The notes beneath the pieces were generated by a model, which had not been told where the DNA came from, did no database searches, and was given only the letters and a program-made list of their open reading frames with translations. Shown here piece by piece: positions 1-14,914 of a stretch of DNA of 64,000 nucleotides. The position numbers and the translations under genes were made by a program. The DNA lies in the NCBI RefSeq assembly GCF_009914755.1, contig NC_060927.1; one strand, given 5' to 3'. Source of the DNA: the human T2T-CHM13v2.0 reference genome, Homo sapiens. Within the stretch, counting starts at the first letter, position 1; every line of letters starts with the position of its first letter.

Positions 1-1216
1 AGCAAAAGTACAGTGCCTTCTTGCAAAAGCAACTTTCCTGGGTGTTTGATGGAGAAAGGAGAGTCTTAAACCTCTGAGCCAGGAGGAGAGACCGAAATGT
101 TGTGCATTTATAGATAGGTCAGTGAGCTTTCTGGTTTCCCTCTCCCTTTCTTCTCTCCCCTAATTAACAGAGTTGAGGAAGACTGGGGTTCTGCAGTGAG
201 ACAGGAGGGGGGTTTATCAGGAGGCCCTTCCGAGAGAGAAAGCGAGGTAACTCTTTGTATCTGAGAGGTTTAAGTAAATGGACAGCCTGTTGGCTCCCTT
301 CCTGACATTCAAAGCCAGAGCTCCCTCCCTCCAGAGGAGTGTCCTGTTTCTGTGTGTTCATTGTTTGGGGCCTCTGTTTGTGTTCAACTGTCAAAACGAC
401 TTCAGTGTTGCTACTTCTACTACAGTGTGTGAGTTGGTTTGTGTACCAGAACAATGAGACATGACTGAACAGTTTTTTTCAGATTTATATTTTCTAATGC
501 CTCATGAACCTTTTAAAAAATGTAAGCTATGAGTCTGTGGAATACAAAATTCATTGTTAAGGAATTGAATCTGTTACTTAGGGAAATTACAAGCATATTA
601 AGTTCAGCTGCCTTAGCAAAGCTTCAGAACTTCTTAAGGTTTAATATTTTTATTAGTTCCAAAATAAAATTTAATGTAGCCTTTTTCTTAAAATGTTTTA
701 ATGAATGTAAACTAAAGAGGACAGTTGTAAATACAGTTAAATCACAACATGACTTAGTATTTTATTATACATAGGAAAATGGTTTGATCAGATTTAATAT
801 TCATTAGACCTGGCTTTTCAATAGCTTGGATAAATATGTTCCTTTTTATTAGAAATCTGTCATACCCAGGGCATAGGCCAACATGTTGGCTTTGTAAATC
901 ATGTAGTCTGCCCGGCTCTTTTGGTCCTAGATCAGAAAGAGGCTTTTGCAAACCCACCATTTCTGGGGTTGAATGGGAAATTAGGGAAAGAAAATGAGGT
1001 CAAGAAAGGCATGGAGAAAAAAACCGCTGGGCCTGTTGGCCTGAGCACCCCCTAGAAAATATGCTGGGGTAGACTGATAAGCTCAAAGGCTTGTGTAATT
1101 TTCTTGCATATGCCTTTGAAAAACTGCAGAAAAGGATCAAAATAGTCAGTCTCCTAAGTTATTCCCTAAGTGAATAGAGACTGAGAAACTACAGGTCATT
1201 CATAGAGCAATTTTAA

Positions 1217-1601
<385 letters not shown>

Positions 1602-2469
1602 TATAATTGATAATTTATATTAGTTAGTAGATTTTATTAAAATATTAAGCTTGACTAATAGTTAATATATGAGTAAACTATAGTAGGTGCATATAATTTA
1701 TAAGTTAATACACGTGTGTTGGGAGTGCTTGCTAATTTTTTAAGAGATGTGCACTCAGCCACTGCTGTTTTGGCTCAGGAACACTTATTTCCTAGAACAT
1801 AGCAGGGAGAATGTGCCTCTATATTTTATCCTGTGCCCAGAGTCTTAAATTTTTCTTCAAATTTATTTGTGGTGTATCATTGGACCACCCTTGTCACTAA
1901 GAGCTCCAGTGTCTCATGTGGCAAATGATAATATTATTCTAAATTCTCTTCCATTTGCAAAGACTTCTGGAGGAATTTGTCTTGAGCTTTACAGATTACT
2001 TACAGAAAAGAGCCCAGGAGTTATTGCTATCCATTGGGTAATTAGGTAATTCCAAGGAAAATAATAAAACTATTTTGTGCCTGGGAGATTAGAATGGCAA
2101 ATGGTGACTCATATTAGTCAGCTGAGTAATTATGTAATTACAAAAGAAAGAGAAAAAAACCCTTCAGATTGTTTTTCCTAAGAGGCCCTTTTGGAAGCGT
2201 TCCAGCCCATCAGGTACTTATGTAATTAGGTCAGGGGCACAATCCATAAGGAAAAGCTGGGGGATTCATTAAAAAAAATGTTTATGTAAAAGAAACCTGT
2301 GAAAAAGAAAAGGAGTTTTTAAAGGATTCACTCAGACTCTACATCTACTATATTGGATGTCATAGCAAATGTCAAGGAACACGGTGTTGCATAGTAACTA
2401 GAGGCCATTGTGTACATGGGGAAATGAAGGGCAGTAGCATATTTTGGAGTAATCACCACTATCTATTTA

Positions 2470-2620
2470 GCCTATGCTAAGTGCTCTCTCTCAATCACTC
2501 AATACAGTAGGTCTTTTGTTTTCCCTGTTTTTGCAAATAAGTAAACAGAGAGGCTCAACAAATTTGAACCTAAGTCCTTTGAATTCCAACACCTAGTCTT
2601 CCCACTGTACCATACTGTCT
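2470..2620 (-). mobile_element. MIR SINE remnant
   Basis: MIR core-like text (ttttgcaaataagtaaacagagaggctca...tttgaacctaagtc...cccactgtaccatactg); boundaries approximate. Confidence 0.6.
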
Positions 2621-2676
2621 ATCTGCATTTCTCACCTGAATTATGCAGGTGGTTTTGCTTGTACAGAGCAGCAGGA

Positions 2677-3035
2677 TGATATGGTTTTCTGTGTCCCCAC
2701 CCAAATCTCACACCTTGAATTGTAATAATCCCCACCTGTAAAGGGCAGGACAAAGTAGAGATAATTGAATCATGGGGGTGGTTTCTCCTACACAGTTCTC
2801 ATGGTAGTGAATAAGTCTCATGAGATCTGATGGTTTCATAAATGGGAGTTCCCCTGCACAAGCTCTCTCACCTGCCGCCATGTAAGATGTGCCTTTGCTT
2901 CTTTTTTGCCTTCTGCCATAATTGTGAGGCCTCTCCAGCCATGCTGAACTGTGAGTCCACTATAAACCTCTTTTTTATGTAAATTACCCATTCTCAGGTA
3001 TGTCTTTATTGGCAGTTTGAGAACAGACTCATACA
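2677..3035 (+). mobile_element. THE1 (MaLR) solo LTR, THE1B/C-like
   Basis: Starts tgatatggtt..tgtgtccccacccaaatctc and ends ..gaacagactcataca; perfect 5-bp TSD CAGGA at 2672-2676 and 3036-3040. Confidence 0.95.
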
Positions 3036-3553
3036 CAGGATAATTGCTCATTTCATCTCTTCATTTAGTATATATATTATCTACTTAGTGAAAAGCACTG
3101 GATTGAAAAATGGTTAACTTGGTGATTTGGGCCATCTAAGTTACCAATCTGGATTTCCTACTTGGTTGATCTAAATAGCTATACCTTGATTTATGTTTTG
3201 TGTAAAGCACTCTTCTGACCCCCATCCAATATATGATATCTTAATTAAGTACACACAACTTTCCTATATGAATACATGTTAATAAATGCAAAATGTTGTC
3301 CTGTTTTGAAGGAGTATATTATTCTGTCAAGGGCTTATTTCATTATACAGGTTTGCTTATACATCTTCACTCAAGTTGTTTTCTAAAAATATTTATAATT
3401 GTGTCTACATTTCTGGGACATTCTGTGTATACTGATTACTTTTTGTGATGGCAGAAAATTAGTGGTTTCTCTGGCCAAAAGCACTTAATTTCAGATTTCT
3501 TTGGTCTTTATCTGATTGCTAGGGTTCATCTGGCCACACTTCCATAATTTTAG

Positions 3554-3900
<347 letters not shown>

Positions 3901-4689
3901 CCAAGACCACTTTTAATTTTATTTCAGTAAATTATATAATTGCCCCTGATACAGAAAGATGAACCATAGTTTTCAGCTGATTTGGAGAAGTTTTGTGGAT
4001 TAGGCTAGGTCGAAGTATCTCAATAGAAGCAGTGAGACATTTTAGGGATGCCTGTGGAAGAACTAAGGAACTGGGAGAAAGGAAATAGGCTTCAAAAGGC
4101 AGGCTGAAGCTCATCAAGAAAAAGGTCCCTCTGCCAAATCTGAAGAAATTTGTCTTCTGCTCCTACAGACTCTAGCATTCACGTGACTTGACTCAGAATT
4201 GTCAAAAGTTTGCCAAGTATCGATTTAGGGTTCTAGGAATTTCAGCATTGAATATGGTAGAGTATGTATGCTTTTGCCTGGCAAATTATCCTTGCTTATT
4301 TACATCACTTTGACTATTCTTTTTCCAGTTGAGGTCCTTGTCATGAAAAGGGTGGGAGACTTACTGGAATAGGCTGTGAGATTCATAAAGGCAGGAATGC
4401 ACACTTTGAATATTTTACCTCTGTAGATGTATATGTCTATACCACATGCTTTTTATGTAGTGTTAAAAATTAAAGCATCCTATTGGTGTCAGACTTCTGA
4501 ATAGCGATATAAAGAGAATACATGAAAAAATAAAATTAAAAAATTAAGGATATTATTTTAGCTCAGCATCTTCACATTTGTTTGAAGATACAACTAATCC
4601 AAACTGATGTGTTAACTATGGATGATTCCCTGCAAATTTCATCAGCATTTCAGTTAATCACTTGAAACTGCCCAGTGTACTGAAACTGT

Positions 4690-4990
4690 TTATTTGTTTG
4701 ATACGTATTTTTGGCATTGTGAATAAAAAGCAAAATATAGTTCTCTCATGGACCTCAAAGTCTAGTAAAGGGAAAGACACGTAGACGGGTAGTTTGTTGT
4801 TAGTGATGTGGTGAGCACTATTACACCTAGGAAGATGACACTATTAACAATTTTGGGAGGAAAAGTTTAATAGAAGGAAAGGGTATTTAATTCAGATTTT
4901 AAAGGCTGAGTTTTCTAGGTGGGTGAGGAAGGGTATTTTGGAAACGTGGAAAAGCATATGCCAAGCTTGTATGAATGTGACAAGTTTCTG
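4690..4990 (-). mobile_element. L2 LINE remnant
   Basis: L2-like text (ctctcatggacctcaaagtctagt...aagggtattttggaaacgtggaaaagcatatgccaag); approximate. Confidence 0.5.
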
Positions 4991-6444
4991 GGCTTGGAGT
5001 TTTGTGTGACAACACAGAAGATTGTATATTGAAATGACTATGCAACGGTCAAACCTAAAAATCTGTGCTTCTCCTTGACTCCCAGGCTGTGGCTGTGGAA
5101 AGAGTCTAGAGGGCACATTTACTATGTCAAGGTGAGCTGCTTTCAAGCAGATAAGACACACTGCATCACCTTATGACCAAAGTCATCATGAAATGGTCAG
5201 TATTTTACCCAAGGATCAATCCCAAAGATAAGAACCATAATACTTCTAATTAAATCTTTACTTCTCAAAAGGCTCATGATTTAAAAAAAAAAATTAACTC
5301 TCATCCTTTTACACACGAGTGAAGTGATTTGATTTTCGAGAAAAAGTATTATGTGTATTCACTTTACGAAGTCAAATAGTTCTATAAGGCTTTTAACACT
5401 ACTCCACCCTTTTCCACCACTGATTCCTTCTCTCCTGAGGCAACCATTTTCAGCTTTTCAGCAAGTTTCTTGTATTTCATTCCAATATTTCCAAATTCCT
5501 TGTTACACTTTTAAAAATTCATTTTAGTCATTTCCTGGCATCCAATTATAGAAAAAGATTTAACTCTTTCATGTCACATTTGTGTGCTCATTCTTCCTCC
5601 CCCATTCTCCAATATAGTTATATCATAATTAATCAATATTCAACACTTATGAATATGCAAATATTGCTTACATATGAAAATGCCATATACTAGGAAGACA
5701 TTTATTTCTGTCATATAAATGAACTTGCTTCTTGTTGACCATCCACTCCTCTTCAACTCAACAGAGTTTAATGTTTTAATTCTTTCTGGTGCACCAAGTC
5801 TCCCATATGCTTTCCAGCTTCTAAAAATTTGACATCATTCATTTACTGTTGTCTCATCTCTCACTCTCTTTAACTGTGTGGATTTATGGCTTCTGGGAGG
5901 AGGTAGAGAGAAATGTGTATCTTTGATATGCCATGTTTAACACAAGTAGAATAGGGTTTCCTTTTCTGAAGCCACAGAAAAGGAAGGAGTAGAATTGTAA
6001 GTGAAAATGTCTGATTATCACAGAGGAAAAGCAGGTGTTGAGATAAAGCAGAGTTTAAATCACCTGTCAAGGATATTAAGACACAGATAAAGTAATACAT
6101 GTATGGGGGAGGAATAGAAACGTGAAATTGTTGTTGTGAATGTTATATTTGTTATTGTAGGAGAAAGGGAGTGTTTCCAGCGTTAAGATAGGCCCTGACC
6201 TGAGGATTATAAGGAAAGAAAGAAAAAAGAAGCTTCTAAGTACTTTCAAAGAACTGTCTAAAGATGCTTTATGCCTAAAAACCAAAGTAGAATCCAGCCT
6301 CATTGAATCCTATGTGCATAAAAATAGAAGAGAGGAGAATAAGATTATTTGCAAAGATCAAGCGGTATATCTTTGAATTAGTAAAGGAAAAAGTTTTATT
6401 GTTAATAGAGCTTTGTTACCTACATGTATAAAAATAAGACTACA

Positions 6445-6740
6445 CATTCATTCAATTTAATCAATATTTTTAAAGATACTATTATTCATTAGGAACAGTG
6501 AGCTATTAGATGATAGATAGATCAAGAAAGTTACAGTTCAGAAAAGACCATGAGACAAGCATATAAACAAAATAATGCAAGATAAGCTATCATAAGTACA
6601 GAGAGAAAGGGGTATGATAGAGGAGAGAACATGGCCAAGCTAAGAATTTATGCAGATGAGAAACTACTTCTATGCTTGAAGGGAGGAAGCATCTTAAATG
6701 GACTGTGAAAGAAACAGGTACAAAAATGGTGAGAAATGGA
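6445..6740 (-). mobile_element. L2 3' end remnant
   Basis: Begins cattcattcaatttaatcaatattt, typical of an antisense L2 tail. Confidence 0.5.
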
Positions 6741-6849
6741 TTCTGTGTGAAAAGACTTTCTCACAAAAGCTATGTTATCCTACCAATTTCTCTAACCCTC
6801 TCTCTACCTCCCAAATATATTTGACACTCATGCTACAGGCACAGTATAA

Positions 6850-7084
6850 GATGTTTTGTTGATTGTGGATACTCAGGGACCCAGGCTAATGTAGGCTCCA
6901 TCTCGGTATATGCTTTTGTGAGCACTAAGGGAAGAAAATGGGAAAAGGTCCTCATACCCATTTCACTGGCCAAAGCTAATTGGCCTACACCTAACTTAAA
7001 CTGGACAGAGGAGGTGGTATGTAACTTACATCCATCCTGAGGAGAAGAGCACAAGAATATTTGCTTAAAGCCCTTATTATCACA
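6850..7084 (-). mobile_element. Old MLT1 (K/L-like) MaLR LTR fragment
   Basis: ctcagggacccaggcta..ggctccatct..catttcactggccaaagcta..tggcctacacctaactt matches antisense MLT1 motifs. Confidence 0.65.
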
Positions 7085-7217
7085 ATATGTGACAGAGAGG
7101 ATGCATCCCATTGTGTATGTGATTCCCAAGCCTCTACTGTTGACCATCACACCTAACTGCCTCCCAAATTCTATTACAGATTCATTGAAACTCAATTTTG
7201 AGATACAGAGAAGTACA

Positions 7218-7395
7218 ATTGCTAGCTTTAACAAATAAAAATATAGGACACCAAAGTAAATTTGAATTGTATATAAAAAAATACATTTTAGTGTAAGTAA
7301 ATCCCATGCAATAATTGGGGCATACTGTACTAAAAATTGTTTTTTCTTCATTTAAAATTTAAATGTAAGTAGATATATTTTCCTGTTTTATGACA
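7218..7395. mobile_element. MER53 palindromic hAT-derived MITE
   Basis: aacaaataaaaatataggacacc..aaatttgaatt..ttttagtgtaagtaaatcccatgcaataattggggcatactgtactaaaaa matches MER53; self-complementary. Confidence 0.8.
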
Positions 7396-8159
7396 AATGT
7401 ACAAGAAAAAACTAAAATAGGGTAGGAAATGTCTTAACTCTTTTAGACGGACTAAATGGAGAACCACATAGCAGCATGGAAAAGTTGGTTAGATTATAAT
7501 TGAAAGTATTTTCCTGAAGGTTAGTGCATGCAGGAAGTTCTTCAGGTGAAAATAGTAAAGTAGATTGCAATTTAACAATCATATTCTCTTATCTTTATCC
7601 TAAAGCATTCTTCCCTTACACCAGAGGTAGTTTTGTGTTCTCCATCTAGAAATACATATGTGACTTCTTGGGTATGACGAGAGAAGAGAAGCCAGGAGTA
7701 GTAAAAGTGGGGTCACAAGTGAGAGGTAAAAAAGTCATAGAAAAAAAAAAAAGATTCTAGATTGTGAGATGCTGAGAAAGAAGGCAATTTGGCAGAAGCA
7801 ATGAGATTGTCCTTCCTCTAGGTTACCTGGACCCAACTTTTAATAGCATGTTTATAGTTTGGAGCATTCCAATTTAGTTGAGATGTGAGTTCAGAGTGAA
7901 AATTAATTGAAACATTGAAAATTGGAAAGTATCCTTAAGGAAAGGGGAAAAGAAGTGGAGTAGGCTGAGGGGGAGAGATTATAGTTTTTAAGCAATTGAA
8001 GCGACGTAATTAACCTAGTAAATAGCAGCACCCCTGGACTACAAGGGAGTGTGGCTTATGACAAGGTTTGATGGTGGTAATTAACTTTATCCCTTCATAC
8101 AATCACATTAAACAACTTATTCTTAAGAAAATCTGCTGCAACTTCCAGCCTCTGCCTTG

Positions 8160-8325
8160 TATCATACATGGTCACCTACCTGTCTTTTTCTCTCACAAGA
8201 CTGCAAGCTTTCCTAGGGGTAAGAATTGGGTTCCGTTTATATCTGACACATCCTTAATCCAAAAGCAGTTTCCTTTGCTTAGCAGGTCCATAGTAGATGT
8301 TTATTGAGTTGAAATGAATTGAATC
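8160..8325 (+). mobile_element. L2 3' end remnant
   Basis: agactgcaagctt..aggggtaagaattg...tagtagatgtttattgagttgaaatgaattgaat tail. Confidence 0.6.
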
Positions 8326-9079
8326 CTTGGCGGCAGTTCCTAAAACACAAATGCAAAGTTTGCATTGCCATTCCAGCCGGAACTTTGAACTTTGGTTTAA
8401 AAAAGTCAGATGTCCTTTCCTCTAGGCATCTGTAAGCTGTGGAGGAAAACAGTTACAACACTTTTGAAAGTGGCTTGCAAACAAATACAAAGAACACTCA
8501 GGCCAATAAATATAGCCCATGTGTTCCATAAATGTTGATGGAGTTCTGATAGGTTAGTGCTTTTGGAAATCACTTTGCTTTGAATGTTAGGTGAAAAAAT
8601 TTCTGTAGAGTTTCTGTAGAGTACCCAAATCAGTTACGGAACTGGAGCAAGGTTAGGGTTTATGAGGAAGGCTATCATCTCTCTTCCTTGCTGACCTAAG
8701 AATCTGACCTCAAATGCAGTGGTCCATTAACTGCCCTGCCTGTACTCATCTTTTGAAATGTATCTTTGGAAAGGAACATATGAAATCACAGGGCATTGTA
8801 ATCCCATTCATCCTACAGATATGGCTTGTGCTCCTACTCTGGGCCTGGCGCAGGTCATTGTCCTTGCTCTTGAGGAGTTCTTGGTTTCATGGGGGTTGAG
8901 TGGGGAGTCCATGTGGACACAGTTCCAGTACAGCTTGATCAAAGCTAAAACCTATGAATAAACAAAGGCTCTGAGGTGAGTTAGTGAGACTTGTGTTGAA
9001 AGAAGTAGTTTTATGTGTCTAAAATGTAGACTCATAGACAAGCCTCTTTTAAACCAAATGTGCATACACTAATTATCCA

Positions 9080-9420
9080 TTGGTTTATTCATTCAGATGT
9101 TTTTTTGACAGGGAAGTTGGCTAAGCACTACGTGAAATAAATAGATGAATGGCTTGTTATTCACACCCTTAAGAAATTGATTGTGTACTAGTTGGGGGAG
9201 CCATGTGAATGCCTCTAAATCAGTGTAGGGAGATGAAGAAGCATAGGAGAGATACAGAGAAGTCCTGAGGGAACTGAATGTCCTCTTCTACCTGGGGAGG
9301 TCCGCAGGAGAGCTGTGGAGATGGTGGTGTTTGGTGTGAACCATGATCTCACTTTGTATATCTGGATTTGAAAGGCAGAAAGCTACTTCAGACAGAAGGC
9401 ACAGGATGAGTGAAGTCAGA
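9080..9420 (-). mobile_element. L2 remnant
   Basis: ttattcattcag tail followed by purine-rich L2-like text; approximate. Confidence 0.5.
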
Positions 9421-10431
9421 AAGGCTGACTCTCAACAGTGTGTATATAAATATTTCCTAGCACTTGCCCCTGAGGGGAAAGGGGGAGCAGGAGAAACCTG
9501 AGATGCAGGGAAACTGTGGATGCTGAGTAGAGCATAGCAAAAGAGCTGGAAAATGGAGCACAAACTGTGGAGCACAAACTGTGTCTACCTAGCTGTTTTG
9601 CCAAAGGCCAGACAACCCTGCTTTGGAATCTGAAAAGAAAACCCAGATTATTTATGTGCTACCACTAGCAATATATTGAAGGCCAAGAGGAGCTGAGAGT
9701 TATTGAGCTAGTTCAAAGCAATCTCGATTATTGAAAATGAATGAAATTGAATTCCACTTCCTACAGAGTCATTTATTGAGAGACAAAAGCAATTAATACT
9801 GAAAATAAAATAATTGTGAATTCTGAACTAAATTACCATGTAGATATAATGTACTGTCTCATCAGTCTCTAAATACTTCGTGTATTAGAAAATTGTGACA
9901 CCAGTTTCAGAAACCAGGGACTTGTATATCATTAGCATTTATTCCATTCTGCTTTTGCTCAAAAGCAATTCTCAAGAGTAACAAATTAAAAGCCAAAGTT
10001 TCAGAAATATTATTCAAAATTTAAAATACACAACCATGTCACGGTTTGGGATTTGTATTTGTAAATTAATCCTGTCATTTGGTAAATTAAAAGAGAAGAT
10101 GAAGCTGACCTTGTGAGGTATCCTATAGTTCATTGACAGCGGCAGATATTTTTGAATATGATTGCAAATTTGGCTTGTCATGGAGTACCTGCCAAGTACC
10201 ATGAATGTATTTGATGAATAATTCTGCTGTCAACAACAAGCATCATTGTCTAACTGATTTATGCACTGAGGGCCCTTAAGAATTGAAAGTACAATATATA
10301 TACAGAGATGGTACATATAATTTGCACAAGTTCCAGCTTGAGTTATAATACTTTGTTTTATGGAAACTACAGGGTCTCTGGAAGAGTTGGCTACCCATTA
10401 TCCTTACTCTTTACAAATTTGGGAAACTAGC

Positions 10432-10804
10432 TGTCTTAAGTAGCTTTCTCCAGAAAATAGATCTTGTGATGAAGATTGGGGGAAAAGTTATTAGGAGGAA
10501 TTGGGGAGGAGTGGGACTAGAAAGAGGAGGCCAATAAAGGGACAGTAGCAAGCGTAGTTACATAGAGAGTAACTTCGGTTTGATCCTGCTCAGAGGCTCT
10601 GGAATTAGGGTAGGGCATACCCCGGAATCATCACAACCAGAAACCAGGAAGCTGGTGTATTTAAACCTCCTCTATGCAGCAAGCCTCCAAAAAGAGTCAC
10701 AGGTGCTGGCTGTTGGGAGTGAAAGTACATGGGGAGCTGCCATGTTCTAAGATGGTAAAGGGATCTGGGGACATGTGGGCAGTGCTCTGACAGCATCTGC
10801 CACA
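10432..10804 (-). mobile_element. LTR16-like (ERVL) solo LTR
   Basis: ggccaataaaggg, gaagctggtgtatttaaacc and terminal acagcatctgccaca match antisense LTR16; TG..CA termini. Confidence 0.7.
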
Positions 10805-11063
10805 CCAGTCATGTTAGCTACTCCATGATTATCGTTAAATGCTGTGGGAACAGAGTTTAATCTAACCAATCTGTCCCAACAGTAAAGAACTCCCTATTAC
10901 CCTGCCGGGAAACATGCCCAACTCTTAGTGTCATCTTGTTTCAAAGCCCAATGTGCAGGGAGAGGTTTCAGGGGGTCAAGAGATCTATTTCCTGCTGGTA
11001 ACAGGCTGGTCAAAGAGAATCAACACAAACTAGGCAGCCTAAATTAGGAAAACAAATCAGAAG

Positions 11064-11283
11064 CAGGGTAGCCATCTCAGCTGCCTTCAGAGGCCAAGCA
11101 GATAACCTTAGTGAGAGAAAGCTTCCAAATGGCTGGGTGTAGCACATCAGGGGAGGGAAAAGCTTCTGGAAAGCCACAGAGATTCCCATCTAAAAGCAAC
11201 AAAATTCAATCTTGAAGAATACTGGCTCAAAAGTATATTTTGTGAACATAATTTGCCCAGTAGCCTATCAGTTTGCAACATTG
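11064..11283. mobile_element. hAT-Charlie fossil, MER103C-like
   Basis: tgccttcagaggccaagcagataac start and cagtttgcaac end resemble the MER103C termini. Confidence 0.5.
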
Positions 11284-13739
11284 ACTGTCTAAAATAAATG
11301 ACCTTAATATGTGCATAAATATTGTTTGGACAATTACAGAAAACTTTCTAGAATACAGAAAGCAAATATAAAAGGAGAAGAGTGCTTAAATCTACTGGAT
11401 TCTTGCCACATGTTTTAAAAGTTGGGACTCTGTCCCAGAGCAATAGATCCTCTTAGTAGCAGTTTCATTATAATGAATTCTTTAGTATATACCCAATAGA
11501 TACCCAATTTATATACTTGTATGTATCTCAATGTATCATATGATATACATACCTGTATATATGATAAGATAATTCAACCCTTATTTTGGCTGAGAGTTTT
11601 GCCATCACCATTTTGAGAGGATAGAATTCTTTTAATTATTCAGCAAAATATAATGTTGTCTCTTAAAGACAAACTATCTTGATACAATTCTTCCTTTGCC
11701 CCTCCTTAGAATCATTAGAGAAAAAATTCCTTAATGACGAGTGACTCGCTAAAGTCTGTGTAAATTGATTGACTGTAGCACTAATGACTAAGCCTTGAAG
11801 TAAACCATATGGTTAGTGTATGAGCCTTCATTGTTAGATGTTCAGAAGTTGTATTTCATGGTGGCACTCCCCAGTATGTTTCCCATGTTCCTTGGGATTT
11901 CTGCCATGATTCATCATCCATAATCAGGTAGATAACTCAAAGTCTGAGCTTTCAGTCTTGAAGCTTATGGGCTGAGCCTAAATAGTCCCACTGTTTTATT
12001 TAAAGAGTATAAGTATTTCTGCTGAATCTTCCATGCTTATTGCATTGAACCCACAAACCAGCCCGTGTTGGCAGTCATAAGCCAGTCAGGAATAGAAACT
12101 TAGGATTCTTTTGCAATAAGCATTCTTGTGTTCCCATTATGACTTTAAGGTAAGATGCTCCATCATTAAGGGACTTGTGATTATCTCCATAATTTTTCAA
12201 ATTATATTTGAGAATAAGAGTTGGGTTTCACTATTCTGGCCGTTTTTCCACACTTAAAATTCAAAACAAAATACTTGTCCTTGAGGCTGAATTTTAAATT
12301 CCTAATCTCTTAGGGAAATCATAAGCAAAAATAGATAGAAAAATAAAGCTTCAATTAATCTATGTTGGCTTGCCTCACTGACCGAACTTGCCAGCTAATT
12401 GAGTAACTTTGAATCCAATTTTTGCTTTGAAAGACTTGGCATAGGAAAGACTTACTCATTTGTGGACCCTATGGGATGAGAACAGCTTCAAAGGAAAAAT
12501 GAAAAGGACTTCTTTTGTTTCAGTTTCTTGGCTTTTGATTTATACTCATGCTTGCTTTTTTATTTTAAGAATATGATGAGTCCTTATTCATTCAGACTTA
12601 CTAGAAGAAGACTATTCCAAATGATTGAGAAAGCTAAACTATCATTTTAAAATAAATTGAATTTTTTTTTACCATCGAAAATGTATTCAGAACTTGACCA
12701 ATAAAGTCTTCTAAAAGAGCTCTTACAGAAATTGAATTATTACTTAAATAAAAATGATGTATATAGAATTGTGGTACAAAGATATACTTCTGAACAATTA
12801 TCATTGTATTTGATTATTTTTCCTGAATTAAACTATTCCCCTCTTGATGCTGCCCAAACCAATATTGAATTATGTACTGCACTTCCACTTTGCTTAGGTT
12901 ATAAAAATTGACTTTAGAGCATAAACTTCCTGTCCATTAACTTTCACCTAAATGGCACTGAGTTGCCATTTGGTTAATTATGTTTGGAGTTCAAAGTTGT
13001 GATTATAGCTGATTTATCAGATGTAATCTTTTAAAGGCATAAAATTAATTAATGGCAGTATAGGTAAAGAAGGTTAACTTTCCCTCAGTCATAAAGATTA
13101 ATGGTCTTGATTTTCATAATTATCCTGGATGTTGATACAGTATGCTTTGCTTTTGTGTGGTTGGGTTGTATAAACTCCAAGTGGTGAAATTCAGGGAACA
13201 TTTTGCCACAAAAGGGTCTTTATAGGTTAAAGGAACTGACCAATCTAATGACTTTTGGTTTTAAAATTGTATAAAACTTACACAGTTCTGTCCTTTTATC
13301 TCTGGCCATTGAACAAATGTGAAATCTGTACTAAATCAACCAGTAAGATATAATCCATGCCCTCATGAAGCTTTGATGGGCATCTCCAAAACCAAGTAAA
13401 AAGCAAATAAGTACAGTTATTACAACTTATTAAAATAAAATCTTTGAAATTAAAAAAATCCAGTGTCCTAAGACACAGAATAAGAGGGGCATGAGTGGGG
13501 TAGATGATCTAATTGTATTATTTTCTTTATTGTTCACTATTACTAATTTAATTTTCTCCTATAAAAACAAAAACCAACCAATTGATTATGCAATTGATCA
13601 AAAATTTGTTATTGGATTCCATTAAAATGACATGATTTTTGAATTATTAAAATGATTGGTTCTATATAGATTTGACAGGTCCCTATGAGTGAATATAATC
13701 TAGACATTTGAAAATTTTTATATTTGTAATTTATAGCTC

Positions 13740-14400
13740 CTAAATAATTCTTATGGTAATAAAATATGCAATCAATGTAGAAAACTTGAAAGTTACAAAA
13801 AAATTCCAAAAAAAATTTTACCCATAATTCTACCACCAAGAGATAACCAGTATTAATGCCTTGGCCAGTATCCCAGTCACTTTCTAACACATGCATAAAT
13901 ATTTATACATGTGCATTAGTACAAGAAATCTAACTATACACATTATTTTACAATCATTTTCCACATTTTGGAGTGAGAATTTTCCCATGATATTTTACAT
14001 TTTCTATAATATAATTTTAGTGGCTGCATAGTATTTAATTACATTGTTGCATCTCAGTTGAGTTAACCTAAGCCACTATTTATGTACATTCGTTTCCAGT
14101 TTTTCATTTTTATAAATACTTGGATGCCTATCTATTTCCTTGCTTTTAATTATTTCCTCAGGGCACACTCCTAAAAGTAAAATTGCTTTGTTAAACTCCT
14201 GAGGCTTTGGATATATGATGAAAAATATCCCCCAGAAAAAAACCATACCGATATACACTTCCACTAGCTGGAAATATGTCCACTCTCACCATACCTCACT
14301 TTTACTTGGTACTTGTTTTTATTTTTAACTTCTGTCATTTTAGTAGTCATAAAATGACTAAAAAACCATGTTCTGTACTTTGTATTTCATGTGAAATTAG
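13740..14400 (-). mobile_element. Old L1 (L1ME-like) 3' region
   Basis: acccataattctaccaccaagagataacca..; tggctgcatagtatt..; tttccagtttttcattttt are typical antisense L1ME text. Confidence 0.7.
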
Positions 14401-14914
14401 AATACGTATTTAATGATGCTTTAAGATTTGTGATGCTGCTTTAAAAATAAAACTAGAAACAAAATCAAATTTAGAGGAAATGGGAGCTTCTAGGATATGA
14501 GCATTGTGGAGACAAAGTTCAAGGTGATGCTGTTTACAAAAGCAAATGAACAAATTACAAGAGAATACGAGTAATAGAAGGGGAACAGCAACAAAACCTC
14601 CTATTTAAAAAAAAGCAAGCAAAATCAGGGCTGAGGATTCTTTGTCCCCCCAAATCAGAGTTTGCTATAATCTCTGATGAGAAATGTAGTCTTAGGTTGG
14701 TAAATACGGTAGCATCTTAGAATTCCTGTGACTTTTCTCTTGAAAGAGTTTACATTGATAGAATCTGAAAAAAGTGAGTTGTCGGTGAAAATGACATTCC
14801 ACTAGAAATGGTAAATAGAAAATCTTAAGTTGTGGGATCCCTGGCAAGCATCTTTCCCTATTAAAATAGTTATCAAAATTATATAAGAAAATTGAATAGC
14901 CGTGTTAAATACAG

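Noticed and set aside
4329-4351. 23-nt exon-like segment (ttttccag|...AGG|gtggga)
   Set aside because: Weak donor and no other support
6833-7351. 172-aa ORF
   Set aside because: Runs through MER53 and MLT1 remnants; hydrophobicity reflects AT-rich composition
8601-8622. Short tandem duplications (here, ~37680-37710, ~60172-60196)
   Set aside because: Ordinary slippage duplications of 11-15 bp
12950-12971. 8-bp inverted repeat aaatggca-N6-tgccattt
   Set aside because: Short enough to occur by chance; no supporting context
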